Origin: an uncultured Christensenellaceae bacterium
GTDB lineage: Bacteria; Bacillota; Clostridia; Christensenellales; UBA3700
Length of the DNA: 64,000 nucleotides
Direction: 5' to 3'
Assembly: GCA_944383905.1 (NCBI GenBank)
Contig: CALWRI010000002.1
Coordinates: 36,913-100,912, forward strand
The notes under the pieces were generated by a model, which saw nothing but the letters and a program-made list of their open reading frames with translations, had not been told where the DNA came from and did not search any database. This document shows, in pieces, positions 34,682 through 42,778 of the stretch; positions within the stretch are counted from its first letter, which is position 1; each line of letters begins with the position of its first letter. Made by a program: the position numbers and the translations under genes.

Positions 34682-34710
34682 ATTATATCACACTAAAAAG
34701 ACAATATAAA
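34682..34710 (-). promoter_or_regulatory. sigma-A-like promoter placed for a leaderless uvrC mRNA
   Basis: On the minus strand: TTTATA, a 17-nt spacer, then TGaTATAAT. The ATG starts 8 nt after the -10 box and has no SD. Confidence 0.5.
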
Positions 34711-34785
34711 GCGATTTTTACCTGCCCCGCAAAAGCGGCGGCTTGAAAATTTTTTCAAGATAAATAAAGTCTGACGACAATCCTC

Positions 34786-35139
34786 TCAACCCGCGCTTTG
34801 AGAAAATTGCTTTGCGCCCGTAAGCAGCACGTCGTTGACGTAAGGATTGACCACTGCGTAAAGTATCAGTTTGCCCGCCCTGCGGCAACCGACTATCCTC
34901 GCGTCCTTGAGCAGTCGGAGCTGGTGCGACACCGTGCTCTGACTCATCGAAAGGATAAAAGACAGATCCGCGACGCAAAGCTCTTTCATCGAAAGCGCAG
35001 AAAGTATGCGCAGTCTCGTATTGTCAGAAAACACGTCGAAAAACCGCGCAAGATGTTCCGTCGCAGCCTTGGGAGGCATACTCCTCATTATGCTCCTTTC
35101 CTGTTGTTCGGTTATGGTGAGACACCCGTCATACATCAT
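34786..35139 (-). CDS. ArsR/SmtB-family metalloregulator-type transcriptional repressor
   Basis: 117 aa: FFDVFSDNTRLRILSALSMKELCVADLSFILSMSQSTVSHQLRLLKDARIV. RBS is AAAGGAG. Confidence 0.88.
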   Translation of the reverse strand: MMYDGCLTITEQQERSIMRSMPPKAATEHLARFFDVFSDNTRLRILSALSMKELCVADLSFILSMSQSTVSHQLRLLKDARIVGCRRAGKLILYAVVNPYVNDVLLTGAKQFSQSAG

Positions 35140-35420
35140 AAAAAACTCCTTTCAGAGCCGATAACGCTCCTTTCTGTAAGTCGCTTCAATCTGCCCGACA
35201 GACGACAACGCACAGCTCCGCAAGCTCGTCTTCTTTACTCTTTCCGACCGTCAACGCGCACGGTCAACGGTATTGCCCCTTCCTATACGGCGAGATTTTC
35301 GGAACCGGCATTGCCGCATCAGGCATAAATATCGGCGTATGAACATATTATATAGCGTTAAAACGGACGTAAAATCGGAATTGTTGCCGAAAGCCGTCGA
35401 ATTTTGTAAGAGGTGATAAA

Positions 35421-35582
35421 ATGAACAATCTTCTGCTCCTGATGCTGCTCTGCTGCGGCAACGACAACAACGGTTGCAATACAAATTGCTGCGATCCACT
35501 CGCGCTCATCATTTGTTGTCTTGCGTTTGCAAAATGCCTCGGCACGAGCGCGTCGTCTCTTTCGGACAGCTCATGCTGTTGA
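35421..35582 (+). CDS. 53-aa cysteine-rich hydrophobic peptide (10 Cys), hypothetical
   Basis: Below the ORF-track size cutoff. Sequence is MNNLLLLMLLCCGNDNNGCNTNCCDPLALIICCLAFAKCLGTSASSLSDSSCC. SD AGAGGTGA lies 4 nt upstream and codon usage is genome-typical. It is divergent from the ArsR gene. Confidence 0.5.
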   Translation: MNNLLLLMLLCCGNDNNGCNTNCCDPLALIICCLAFAKCLGTSASSLSDSSCC

Positions 35583-35953
35583 TGACGGCGCGGGTATAAT
35601 TTATATCCGCGACCGTATTCTCTGTATTGACGCGCCTGCAAAAAAACTCCCGACATAAAAGCCGACACACCGTTCGGACATCTCTGCCCGACAGACGCGC
35701 CGCGCGTAACAGACAGCGGCGCAATTTTTGCCGTTGATTTACTGCGAGCTTCACTTTACTCTTTTTACCATTAATTCGTTTTTTCAAACGTGCAGTCAGT
35801 ATATTGTCAGACAGTGTAAAACGCGAAGATTTTTTCGACAAATCCTTTTCAAGTCGGAAATCTGCAACGGGAAAAGCGCATAAAAATCTTTGAAAAACAT
35901 GATGTCTCGTCACAAAGCCACCGAGAATACTTTTATAATCGTAGTTATGAAAC

Positions 35954-35980
35954 AAAAAAAAACGGGGCGAAACGCCCCGC
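35954..35980 (-). terminator. rho-independent terminator of the 80-aa Cys-rich gene
   Basis: On the minus strand: CGGGGCG-ttt-CGCCCCG followed by T9, starting about 15 nt after the stop. Confidence 0.85.
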
Positions 35981-35994
35981 ATGAAATTTTACCC

Positions 35995-36237
35995 TTATCG
36001 GGAACAGCCGCAACAGTAGCAGTCACAGTCGGAACTTCCGACGTTGTAAACGCCGACGAGCACCGGTATCACGACGCGGACGGAAGAATACCATCCGCAG
36101 GGGTTAACGTAATACGGCAGATCGTCGCTCTGACAACACGAACCGTTGCAACCGGAGCAGCCGCCGCACGAACAGCTTCGGGAAAAGCAAGAACCCGAGC
36201 CGCACCCGCAGCCGCAATTAACGCTTGAGTAACACAT
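35995..36237 (-). CDS. 80-aa cysteine/glycine-rich protein (17 Cys), hypothetical
   Basis: MCYSSVNCGCGCGSGSCFSRSCSCGGCSGCNGSCCQSDDLPYYVNPCGWYSSVRVVIPVLVGVYNVGSSDCDCYCCGCSR. I prefer the ATG at 36237 (AAAGGA lies 8 nt upstream) over the track start at 36327. It has its own terminator. Confidence 0.55.
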   Translation of the reverse strand: MCYSSVNCGCGCGSGSCFSRSCSCGGCSGCNGSCCQSDDLPYYVNPCGWYSSVRVVIPVLVGVYNVGSSDCDCYCCGCSR

Positions 36238-36340
36238 ATTGCACATCCTTTTCCCGCGACAAAAAGCCGCAGGACAATACATAGTATGTCCCGCAGCGAC
36301 GTTTTGTGAAATTGCAACATTCGACAATTTCAGTATTATT

Positions 36341-36362
36341 AATTATTATCAATTATTATTAA
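36341..36362 (-). repeat. second copy of the 22-nt AT-rich element (reverse complement of 7256-7277)
   Basis: The plus strand reads AATTATTATCAATTATTATTAA. It sits within four 10-bp-phased AATT units (36341-36380), between the spoIVA stop and the Cys-rich gene. Confidence 0.8.
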
Positions 36363-36427
36363 TTTTGATTAATTACCGTTTTTCGTTTTTTTGTCACAAC
36401 GCCCGTCGAGAAATATGCACGTTTTCG

Positions 36428-37903
36428 TCAGAGCAATATGCACAGCACACCGCCCTTTCCTTCGTTGACTATCCTGCCGACCGTCTTTCTCAATTTGAGC
36501 CTGGTATCCGCGGGCATCGAAGCGAGCTTTGTCGTCAATCCGTCTTTCGCCATTACGTCGAGAGATTTTCCGAGCATATTCGTCTTCCAGACCGCTTTGC
36601 TGTCTTCGCCGAAACCGTCGAGCCATTCTTTGAGCATCTTTTCGTCCTGCGATTCGCTCATTATCGGACTGACTTCAGTCTCCACGTCCACCTTCATTAT
36701 ATGATAGCTGGGCGCGCTCGCTTTGAGTTTCACGCCGCATCTCGAGCCTTTTTTGACTATTTCGGGCGCGTCGAGATTCATGTCGTCTTCCGTCGGTATC
36801 ACCACACCGTAACCGAACTCATCTGCCTGTTTTACCGCTTCGGACAACTTGTCGTACTGTTTTTTCGCATAGCCGAGAGATTTTATGTACGACACGAGCT
36901 CAAAGTCGTTTTCTATCTTCAGATCGCACTGCTTGCTCAACACCTCGTAAAACAGTCCCTGTCTCGGCGACAATTCGAGGGTTATCTTGCCCGTGCCGAA
37001 ATCCACGTTGACTTCGGCGACTTTCTGTATGTAGTCGTCTTCTTCAAAAACGCCGGCAAGACGGGTAAAATCGCCCATGACTTTTACGTCTCCGCAAGCC
37101 TGTCTCGCCTTTTCGACGACGTCGACGATGATCTCGTTGTCCTTGGGGAGAGCCTGCAACCATTTGGGCATGACGATCCCGACGCCTTCGACGGGAAACT
37201 GAAGAAGGACTGCCTTGAGTATCTCGGAGATCTCGTCTTTGCCCATTTCCGCGACGTTCTGAAGCATAACGGGAACGCCGTATTTTTCAGACAGTTTCGC
37301 TGCAAGTTTTTTGCTGTCGGCGTTCTTTTCGTTTTTGGTATTTAGTACGACGGCAAAAGGCTTTCCGAGCTCCTTCATCTCGTAGACTATGCGTTCCTCC
37401 GCTTTTTCGTAAGCCTTTCTCGGCAATTCCGTAACGGAGCCGTCGCAAGTAACTACTATTCCGATAGTAGAATGGTCCGTCATGACCTTTCTCGTGCCGT
37501 ATTCCGCCGCTTGCTCAAACGGCATTTTTTCGTCGCTCCACGGCGTGTCGACGAGACGGGGTTTCCCGTCCTCGACGTGACCCTCGGCGTTGTCGACGAG
37601 ATAGCCGACGCAATCTATGAGTCTTATCCCTGCTTTCAGATTGTCGCCGAACTCGACGACCTGCGCTTCGTCGGGAACGAATTTTGGCTGTGTGGTCATG
37701 ATCGTCTTGCCGTCCGCGGACTGCGGCAACTCGTCGGTAACGCGTTTTTTGCGGTGCGCGTCCTTGATCGCGGGCAAAACGAGCGTTTGCATAAACCTGG
37801 TGATGAACGTGGATTTACCCGTGCGCACGGGTCCCTCCACTCCGATATAGATATCTCCGTTTGTGCGCATGGAGATATCGCGGTACAAGTCGAACTGTTG
37901 CAT
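36428..37903 (-). CDS. spoIVA: stage IV sporulation protein A
   Basis: MQQFDLYRDISMRTNGDIYIGVEGPVRTGKSTFITRFM (Walker A). It is 491 aa from the ATG at 37903, with RBS GGAGGG. The upstream extension in the track is rejected. Confidence 0.92.
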   Translation of the reverse strand: MQQFDLYRDISMRTNGDIYIGVEGPVRTGKSTFITRFMQTLVLPAIKDAHRKKRVTDELPQSADGKTIMTTQPKFVPDEAQVVEFGDNLKAGIRLIDCVGYLVDNAEGHVEDGKPRLVDTPWSDEKMPFEQAAEYGTRKVMTDHSTIGIVVTCDGSVTELPRKAYEKAEERIVYEMKELGKPFAVVLNTKNEKNADSKKLAAKLSEKYGVPVMLQNVAEMGKDEISEILKAVLLQFPVEGVGIVMPKWLQALPKDNEIIVDVVEKARQACGDVKVMGDFTRLAGVFEEDDYIQKVAEVNVDFGTGKITLELSPRQGLFYEVLSKQCDLKIENDFELVSYIKSLGYAKKQYDKLSEAVKQADEFGYGVVIPTEDDMNLDAPEIVKKGSRCGVKLKASAPSYHIMKVDVETEVSPIMSESQDEKMLKEWLDGFGEDSKAVWKTNMLGKSLDVMAKDGLTTKLASMPADTRLKLRKTVGRIVNEGKGGVLCILL

Positions 37904-37932
37904 AAAATCCCTCCAAAGGTTTGTTCTTTTAT

Positions 37933-37959
37933 ACATTATGACGGCTTGTCTGAAAATAT
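37933..37959 (-). promoter_or_regulatory. sigma-E-type (mother-cell) promoter candidate for spoIVA
   Basis: On the minus strand: tcATAtt, a 16-nt gap, then CATAATGT. The recalled consensus is ATA-N16-18-CATACAnT. It lies ~30 nt upstream of the ATG. Confidence 0.5.
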
Positions 37960-38017
37960 GACCCGATCCGTTCGGACAATAGAACGAGCGCGGGAATAAA
38001 AAACAGGACGAACGCGC

Positions 38018-38051
38018 AATAAAAAATATCCGCCCCCGTCGGAGCGGATAT
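38018..38051 (-). terminator. rho-independent terminator of the hydrogenase-containing operon
   Basis: On the minus strand: ATATCCGC-tccgacggggg-GCGGATAT followed by TTTTTTATT. Confidence 0.75.
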
Positions 38052-38072
38052 AATTGCTGACTTAAAACCCTT

Positions 38073-39518
38073 TTATTGCTGTTCGCTTTCGTTTTTAAGG
38101 CTTTCCTCGTACTTCGCAACGCTCGAAGAAATATCCTTGTGACTTGCCGCATTGCCGAACTTGTCGATCTCGACGACGTTTTTCTGTTCGTGGTGCAATA
38201 TCAGCGCGCCGTTGAGACAGCCGCCGTCGCAAGCCATGCCTTCGAAGAAGTTTTCCGCGGCTCTGCCAAGCTTGAGTTTGAGCAGGTTTATCCTGCATTC
38301 TTCTATGCCGTTCATCGCGATCGGCTTGACGTTGTCAACGCCCATGGACTTTGCCACGTTCATTACGCCCTGCGTGATGCCGCCGGACTTTGCGAATATT
38401 CTGCCGTAATAAGATGCCTCGTCCACGGGGCAATCTTCGAGTTTGAGAAGCTCTATATCGCGCGCATCGAAGAACGCCTGCAACTCTTCAAACGACATGA
38501 CGCAATCGATCGCACCCTTCGTTTTGGGCAGTCTGTATTCGAGTTTTTTGCTGGTGCAAGGTCCTATGAATATGCATTTTGCGGTCGGATCGTTGCGCTT
38601 GATGAGCATGGCGGTCTCAATCATCGGAGAGACAGAGCTTGAAACGTACTTTACGAGCTCCGGAAAATTCTTTTCGATAAACATAACGAAAGACGGACAA
38701 CACGAAGTCGTCAGTATGCCGCGCTCCTTGAGCTCCTTCGCCTCGTGATACAGCGTAATATCCGCGCCGAGCGCCGCTTCGGCAACGTCGTAGAAACCCA
38801 GCTTTTTGATACCGCTGGCTACTTTTGCCATAGGCACGCCGGTAAATTGGCTCGCAAGCGCGGGAGCAACGACCGCGTAAACGTGATATTTCGTGTTGTT
38901 TTCGGACTTCTTGAGAATATCGAGCACGTCCATTATCAGAGATTTGTCGACTATCGCGCCGAACGGACACTGATATACGCAGGCGCCGCACGAAATGCAC
39001 TTGTCGTTGTTTATCTTCGCCTTTTTGTTTTCGTCCATAGAGATAGCGCCGACTTTGCAGCTCCTGACGCACGGACGGCGTTGTTCGATGATAGCGCTGT
39101 ACGGACAAGCCTTTGCGCACCTGCCGCACTCGACGCATTTATCCTTGTCTATCACGGGATGGTTGTCGACGATCGTGATTGCGTTTTTTGGGCAAGCCTG
39201 CTGGCATTTGTGAGAAATACAGCCTCTGCACGCAGGCGTGATATACATGCCTTCGATCGGGCACGCGTCGCAAGCCGCGTCGATGACTTCGACGCTGTTG
39301 GGATTGGATTTGTCGCCGCCGAGCGCCATTTTTATCCTCTCCTGAACGATGGCTCTTTCCTTGTATATGCAGCATCTCATCGTCGGCTTGGGTCCCGGCG
39401 AGATCTGCTTGGGTATATCCATATATATATTGCTCATATCGCCGCTGTCCGCCGCCTTGATGACGGCTTTGAGCACTTCGTATTTGAGCTCCTGAACCTT
39501 TGTATCGAAAATCTTCAT
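38073..39518 (-). CDS. [FeFe]-hydrogenase-type protein (ferredoxin-like 4Fe-4S domains plus an H-cluster domain)
   Basis: 481 aa with two CxxCxxCxxxCP motifs and three H-cluster motifs: TTSCCPSF, IGPCTSKKLE and EGMACDGGCLNG. Confidence 0.85.
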   Translation of the reverse strand: MKIFDTKVQELKYEVLKAVIKAADSGDMSNIYMDIPKQISPGPKPTMRCCIYKERAIVQERIKMALGGDKSNPNSVEVIDAACDACPIEGMYITPACRGCISHKCQQACPKNAITIVDNHPVIDKDKCVECGRCAKACPYSAIIEQRRPCVRSCKVGAISMDENKKAKINNDKCISCGACVYQCPFGAIVDKSLIMDVLDILKKSENNTKYHVYAVVAPALASQFTGVPMAKVASGIKKLGFYDVAEAALGADITLYHEAKELKERGILTTSCCPSFVMFIEKNFPELVKYVSSSVSPMIETAMLIKRNDPTAKCIFIGPCTSKKLEYRLPKTKGAIDCVMSFEELQAFFDARDIELLKLEDCPVDEASYYGRIFAKSGGITQGVMNVAKSMGVDNVKPIAMNGIEECRINLLKLKLGRAAENFFEGMACDGGCLNGALILHHEQKNVVEIDKFGNAASHKDISSSVAKYEESLKNESEQQ

Positions 39519-40060
39519 AAAATCTCCTCTTTTGCTAAAACTTCAGCGTCGGAAAGCGCCTTCAACGTAAGTACGCCTTTCTCGATTACGATGTAGCCCG
39601 CCTTGGTATTGTCTTTGGGGAGTGAAACCGACCCCGGGTTTGCTATCGTCCTTCCGTCCTTCTTGATGACGAACGAGGTGTGGAAATGCCCGTAAATCAA
39701 CGCGTTTCCGCAGTTTTCGGGCACGTTGTCCTTGTTGTACTTGTCGCCGTGCTGGAGCGTGATCTTTGCTCCGTCGACGTATATCTGCGCGAGATTGACG
39801 AATTCAAACGGCGCGATCATCGCGTCCACGTCGCTGTCGCAGTTGCCTTTTACGACGAGAAGTCTGTCCGTGTAAGGCGCAAGCATTTCTGCGACTTTCA
39901 TCGGAGCGTACTCCTCGGGGAGCGGATTTCTGGGTCCGTGATAAAACACGTCGCCGAGAATGACGAGCTCGTCGGCTTTTTCTTCGGCAAAGCGCTCGAG
40001 CATGAGTTTTGCAAAGCGCGCGCTGCCGTGTATATCGGACGCAATAAACAGTTTTGCCAT
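39515..40060 (-). CDS. yfcE: YfcE-family metallophosphoesterase
   Basis: MAKLFIASDIHGS...LVILGDVFYHGPRNP...GNCDS...YGHFH. Confidence 0.85.
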   Translation of the reverse strand: MAKLFIASDIHGSARFAKLMLERFAEEKADELVILGDVFYHGPRNPLPEEYAPMKVAEMLAPYTDRLLVVKGNCDSDVDAMIAPFEFVNLAQIYVDGAKITLQHGDKYNKDNVPENCGNALIYGHFHTSFVIKKDGRTIANPGSVSLPKDNTKAGYIVIEKGVLTLKALSDAEVLAKEEIL

Positions 40061-40069
40061 GATCCTTCC

Positions 40070-41332
40070 TTATTTCGCAAGTTTTTCGAGACAAGCGAGT
40101 TTGACGCAAGCCACGAGTATTTCCGCCGCGACGGAAACGTCTTCGCCGTTGGTATAGGTCGGCGCGATGCGCAGATTCTTGTCGCTGTCGTCTCTGCCGT
40201 ACGGGAAAGTCGCTCCCGCACCCGTCAGGGTCAGACCCGCGCCCTTGCAGAGCGCCGCGACTCTCGAAGCACAGCCGTCGAGCACGTCGAGGCTTATGAA
40301 GTAACCGCCTTTCGGATTGGTCCACTTTGCAATATCGCAATCGTCGCCGAGGCTCTCTTCGAGGGTGGAAACTATCGCGTCGAACTTGGGTTTGATAACG
40401 GCTCTCTGCGCGTCCATGATCTCCTTTATGTGTTCGACTGATTTAAGATATCTGAAATGTCTGTATTGATTGACTTTGTCGTTGCCGATTGTCTGGAACG
40501 TAATATGGCTCATAGCGTCCTTGACGTTGGCTTCGCTCGCGCCCATGCAGGCAACTCCCGCGCCGGCAATGGTTATCTTGGACGTGGACGCAAACTCGAA
40601 CACTCTGTTCTCGTTGCCCGCTTTCTTTGCATAAGTCATGATGTTGGCAAGCTCCGTCGGGGTGTCGGTAAGCTCGTGTACGCAATACGCGTTGTCCCAG
40701 AATATCCTGAAATCCTTTGCCGCCGTCTTCATCGAAGCGAGTCTTTCGACGACTTCGTCGCTGTATACGATACCGGTCGGGTTGGAATATTTGGGCACGC
40801 ACCATATACCCTTTATGCTCTCGTCGTTGGCGACGAGGCTCTCGACGAGATCCATATTGGGACCGTTGTTGTCCATAGGCACGTTGATCATATCGATCCC
40901 GAAATGCTCCGTCACGGCAAAGTGGCGGTCATAACCGGGAACGGGACACAAAAATCTGACCTTGTCGCATTTATTCCAGGGCTTTTCTCCGAGAAGTCCG
41001 AACTGCATCGCCCTCTGCACGGCGTCGTACATCATATTGAGAGAGCTGCTTCCTCCCACGATGATCTGCTGGGGTTCGAGACCAAGAAGCTGCGCAAAGA
41101 GTTTTCTCATCTCGGGTATGCCCTCGGGCATACCGTAATTCAGATAGCTCATCGGAAATTCTTCCGCTTCGGGAGACGTAAGCATGGGATATGCGAGCGC
41201 CGCCTGCGCATTGCACGGCTTGCCGCGGGCAATATCCACTTTGTAGCCCTTTGCGGCTATCTCGTCATACTCCTTTTTCGCGGAGTCGAAAAGTTCTTTG
41301 AGTTGCTCTTTCGTCAGGTTTGTGTATTTCAT
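40070..41332 (-). CDS. class I/II-fold PLP-dependent aminotransferase
   Basis: 420-aa ORF containing KYSNPTG and a STSKITIAGAG segment (PLP-lysine region). Confidence 0.8.
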   Translation of the reverse strand: MKYTNLTKEQLKELFDSAKKEYDEIAAKGYKVDIARGKPCNAQAALAYPMLTSPEAEEFPMSYLNYGMPEGIPEMRKLFAQLLGLEPQQIIVGGSSSLNMMYDAVQRAMQFGLLGEKPWNKCDKVRFLCPVPGYDRHFAVTEHFGIDMINVPMDNNGPNMDLVESLVANDESIKGIWCVPKYSNPTGIVYSDEVVERLASMKTAAKDFRIFWDNAYCVHELTDTPTELANIMTYAKKAGNENRVFEFASTSKITIAGAGVACMGASEANVKDAMSHITFQTIGNDKVNQYRHFRYLKSVEHIKEIMDAQRAVIKPKFDAIVSTLEESLGDDCDIAKWTNPKGGYFISLDVLDGCASRVAALCKGAGLTLTGAGATFPYGRDDSDKNLRIAPTYTNGEDVSVAAEILVACVKLACLEKLAK

Positions 41333-41449
41333 AAAGACCTCGTGTATATAAAAAAATTGTTTTCACAAGATAATGCCTTTCAGCCTTCGCGCTACATTTT
41401 ACCACAACGCGCGCGCAGTATCAAGCAAAACGCACGCGCAAAGTAATAT

Positions 41450-42778
41450 TTACATCTCGTAGTCACGCGAATCCTTGCTCCTCATTTCGAGCTTTATCGG
41501 CGTTCCTCTGAACGTGAACGCGTTTCTCAAAGCGTTGTTCAGATAGCGTTTATAACTGAAATTGAGCAGCTTTTCGTCGTTTACGAAGAACACGAACACG
41601 GGCGGATTCGTCGAAGCCTGCGTGACGTAATATATCTTGAGTTTTTTGCCGTTGAACGTGGGCGGCTCATTAGCAAGGACTGCCTCTCTGACAATGTCGT
41701 TGAGCACGCCTGTCGCCACGCGTTTGCTTGCTTCATCGTACACTTCAAGCGCGGTAGCAAGTATCTTTTCCACCCTCTGTCCCGTCTTTGCGGAGACGTA
41801 CATAGGCACGAAATAAGACATGAACTTGAGCTCGCCTTCCAGCTTTTTGTTGAACGTGTTGACCGTGAAAGCGTCCTTTTCGACCGCGTCCCACTTGTTC
41901 ATTATTATCACGGACGGCTTGCCCTGCTCGTGAACGTAACCGCATATCTTGACGTCCTGTTCTGAAATTCCCTCTTTTGCATCGATAACGACAAGCACGA
42001 TGTCCGCGCGCCTTATCGCGGCAAGCGAACGTATCACGCTGTATTGCTCAACGCCTTCGTCCACGCTCGATTTTTTTCTTATCCCAGCGGTATCGATTAT
42101 GTTGAACTTGCGCCCCTGCCACTCGAACGCTGTGTCTATCGCGTCGCGCGTGGTACCGGCAATGTCGCTGACTATTACCCTCTCGTAACCGAGAATTTTG
42201 TTGGTTATCGAAGATTTGCCCGCGTTCGGTTTGCCGACTATCGCGACGTTGAGCACCTCGGGATCGCTCTCTGCGGGAGTCTTGTCGATATTTTTGACCA
42301 CTTCGTCGAGCAGATCGCCTATGCCGAGCCCCTGCTCCGCGGATACGCCGACAGGGTCTCCTATGCCGAGATTGTAAAAATCGTATATCCTGTCCTCTTC
42401 GTAATTGTCCAGCTTATTCACGGCAAGCACGACGGGTTTTTTGCTTTTGCGCAGGAAGGAAGCTACTTCGATGTCGTTGGAAGTAAGTCCGCCCTTGCCG
42501 TCCACGACGAAGATTATCGCGTTGGCTATATCGACCGCGACCTGCGCCTGGCGACGGATATGCGACCACATTTCGTCCTCGCTCTTGACGTCGAGTCCGC
42601 CCGTATCTATGAGCGTAAACGAATATCCGCACCACTCCGTGTCGCAATAGAGACGGTCTCGCGTGACCCCCTCATAATCCTCCACTATGGAAACGCGTTT
42701 TCCCACTATCTTGTTGAAAAGCGTGGATTTTCCCACGTTGGGTCTGCCGACTATGGCGACCAAAGGTTTTACCTGCAT
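41450..42778 (-). CDS. der: ribosome-biogenesis GTPase Der (EngA)
   Basis: Two GTPase domains (GRPNVGKST and GKPNAGKSS) plus a KH-like C-terminus. Confidence 0.93.
   Translation of the reverse strand: MQVKPLVAIVGRPNVGKSTLFNKIVGKRVSIVEDYEGVTRDRLYCDTEWCGYSFTLIDTGGLDVKSEDEMWSHIRRQAQVAVDIANAIIFVVDGKGGLTSNDIEVASFLRKSKKPVVLAVNKLDNYEEDRIYDFYNLGIGDPVGVSAEQGLGIGDLLDEVVKNIDKTPAESDPEVLNVAIVGKPNAGKSSITNKILGYERVIVSDIAGTTRDAIDTAFEWQGRKFNIIDTAGIRKKSSVDEGVEQYSVIRSLAAIRRADIVLVVIDAKEGISEQDVKICGYVHEQGKPSVIIMNKWDAVEKDAFTVNTFNKKLEGELKFMSYFVPMYVSAKTGQRVEKILATALEVYDEASKRVATGVLNDIVREAVLANEPPTFNGKKLKIYYVTQASTNPPVFVFFVNDEKLLNFSYKRYLNNALRNAFTFRGTPIKLEMRSKDSRDYEM

Noticed and set aside
35509-35982. A 157-aa minus-strand ORF between the two Cys-rich genes.
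   Set aside because: It has no SD, an Arg/Leu/Phe-rich composition, and overlaps both the better-supported 53-aa plus-strand ORF and the terminator at 35954-35980.
36318-36330. A Spo0A-box-like TGTCGAA (minus strand) and the 9-mer TTGCAACAT (36312-36320), which is identical to one half of the 61462-61479 palindrome, both upstream of the 17-Cys gene.
   Set aside because: A given 7-mer is expected several times by chance in 128 kb of two-strand sequence, and a shared 9-mer about once in every two such windows. No second half-site is present, so this is not evidence of regulation.
37904-38152. N-terminal extensions in the ORF track. Examples are spoIVA to 38152, yigZ to 17236, rnj to 50474, DUF512 to 44154, AKR to 24431, PiT to 7094 and the lipoprotein from 18318.
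   Set aside because: The extensions lack SDs, run into upstream genes or terminators, and precede canonical family N-termini that do have good SDs. I used the internal starts.
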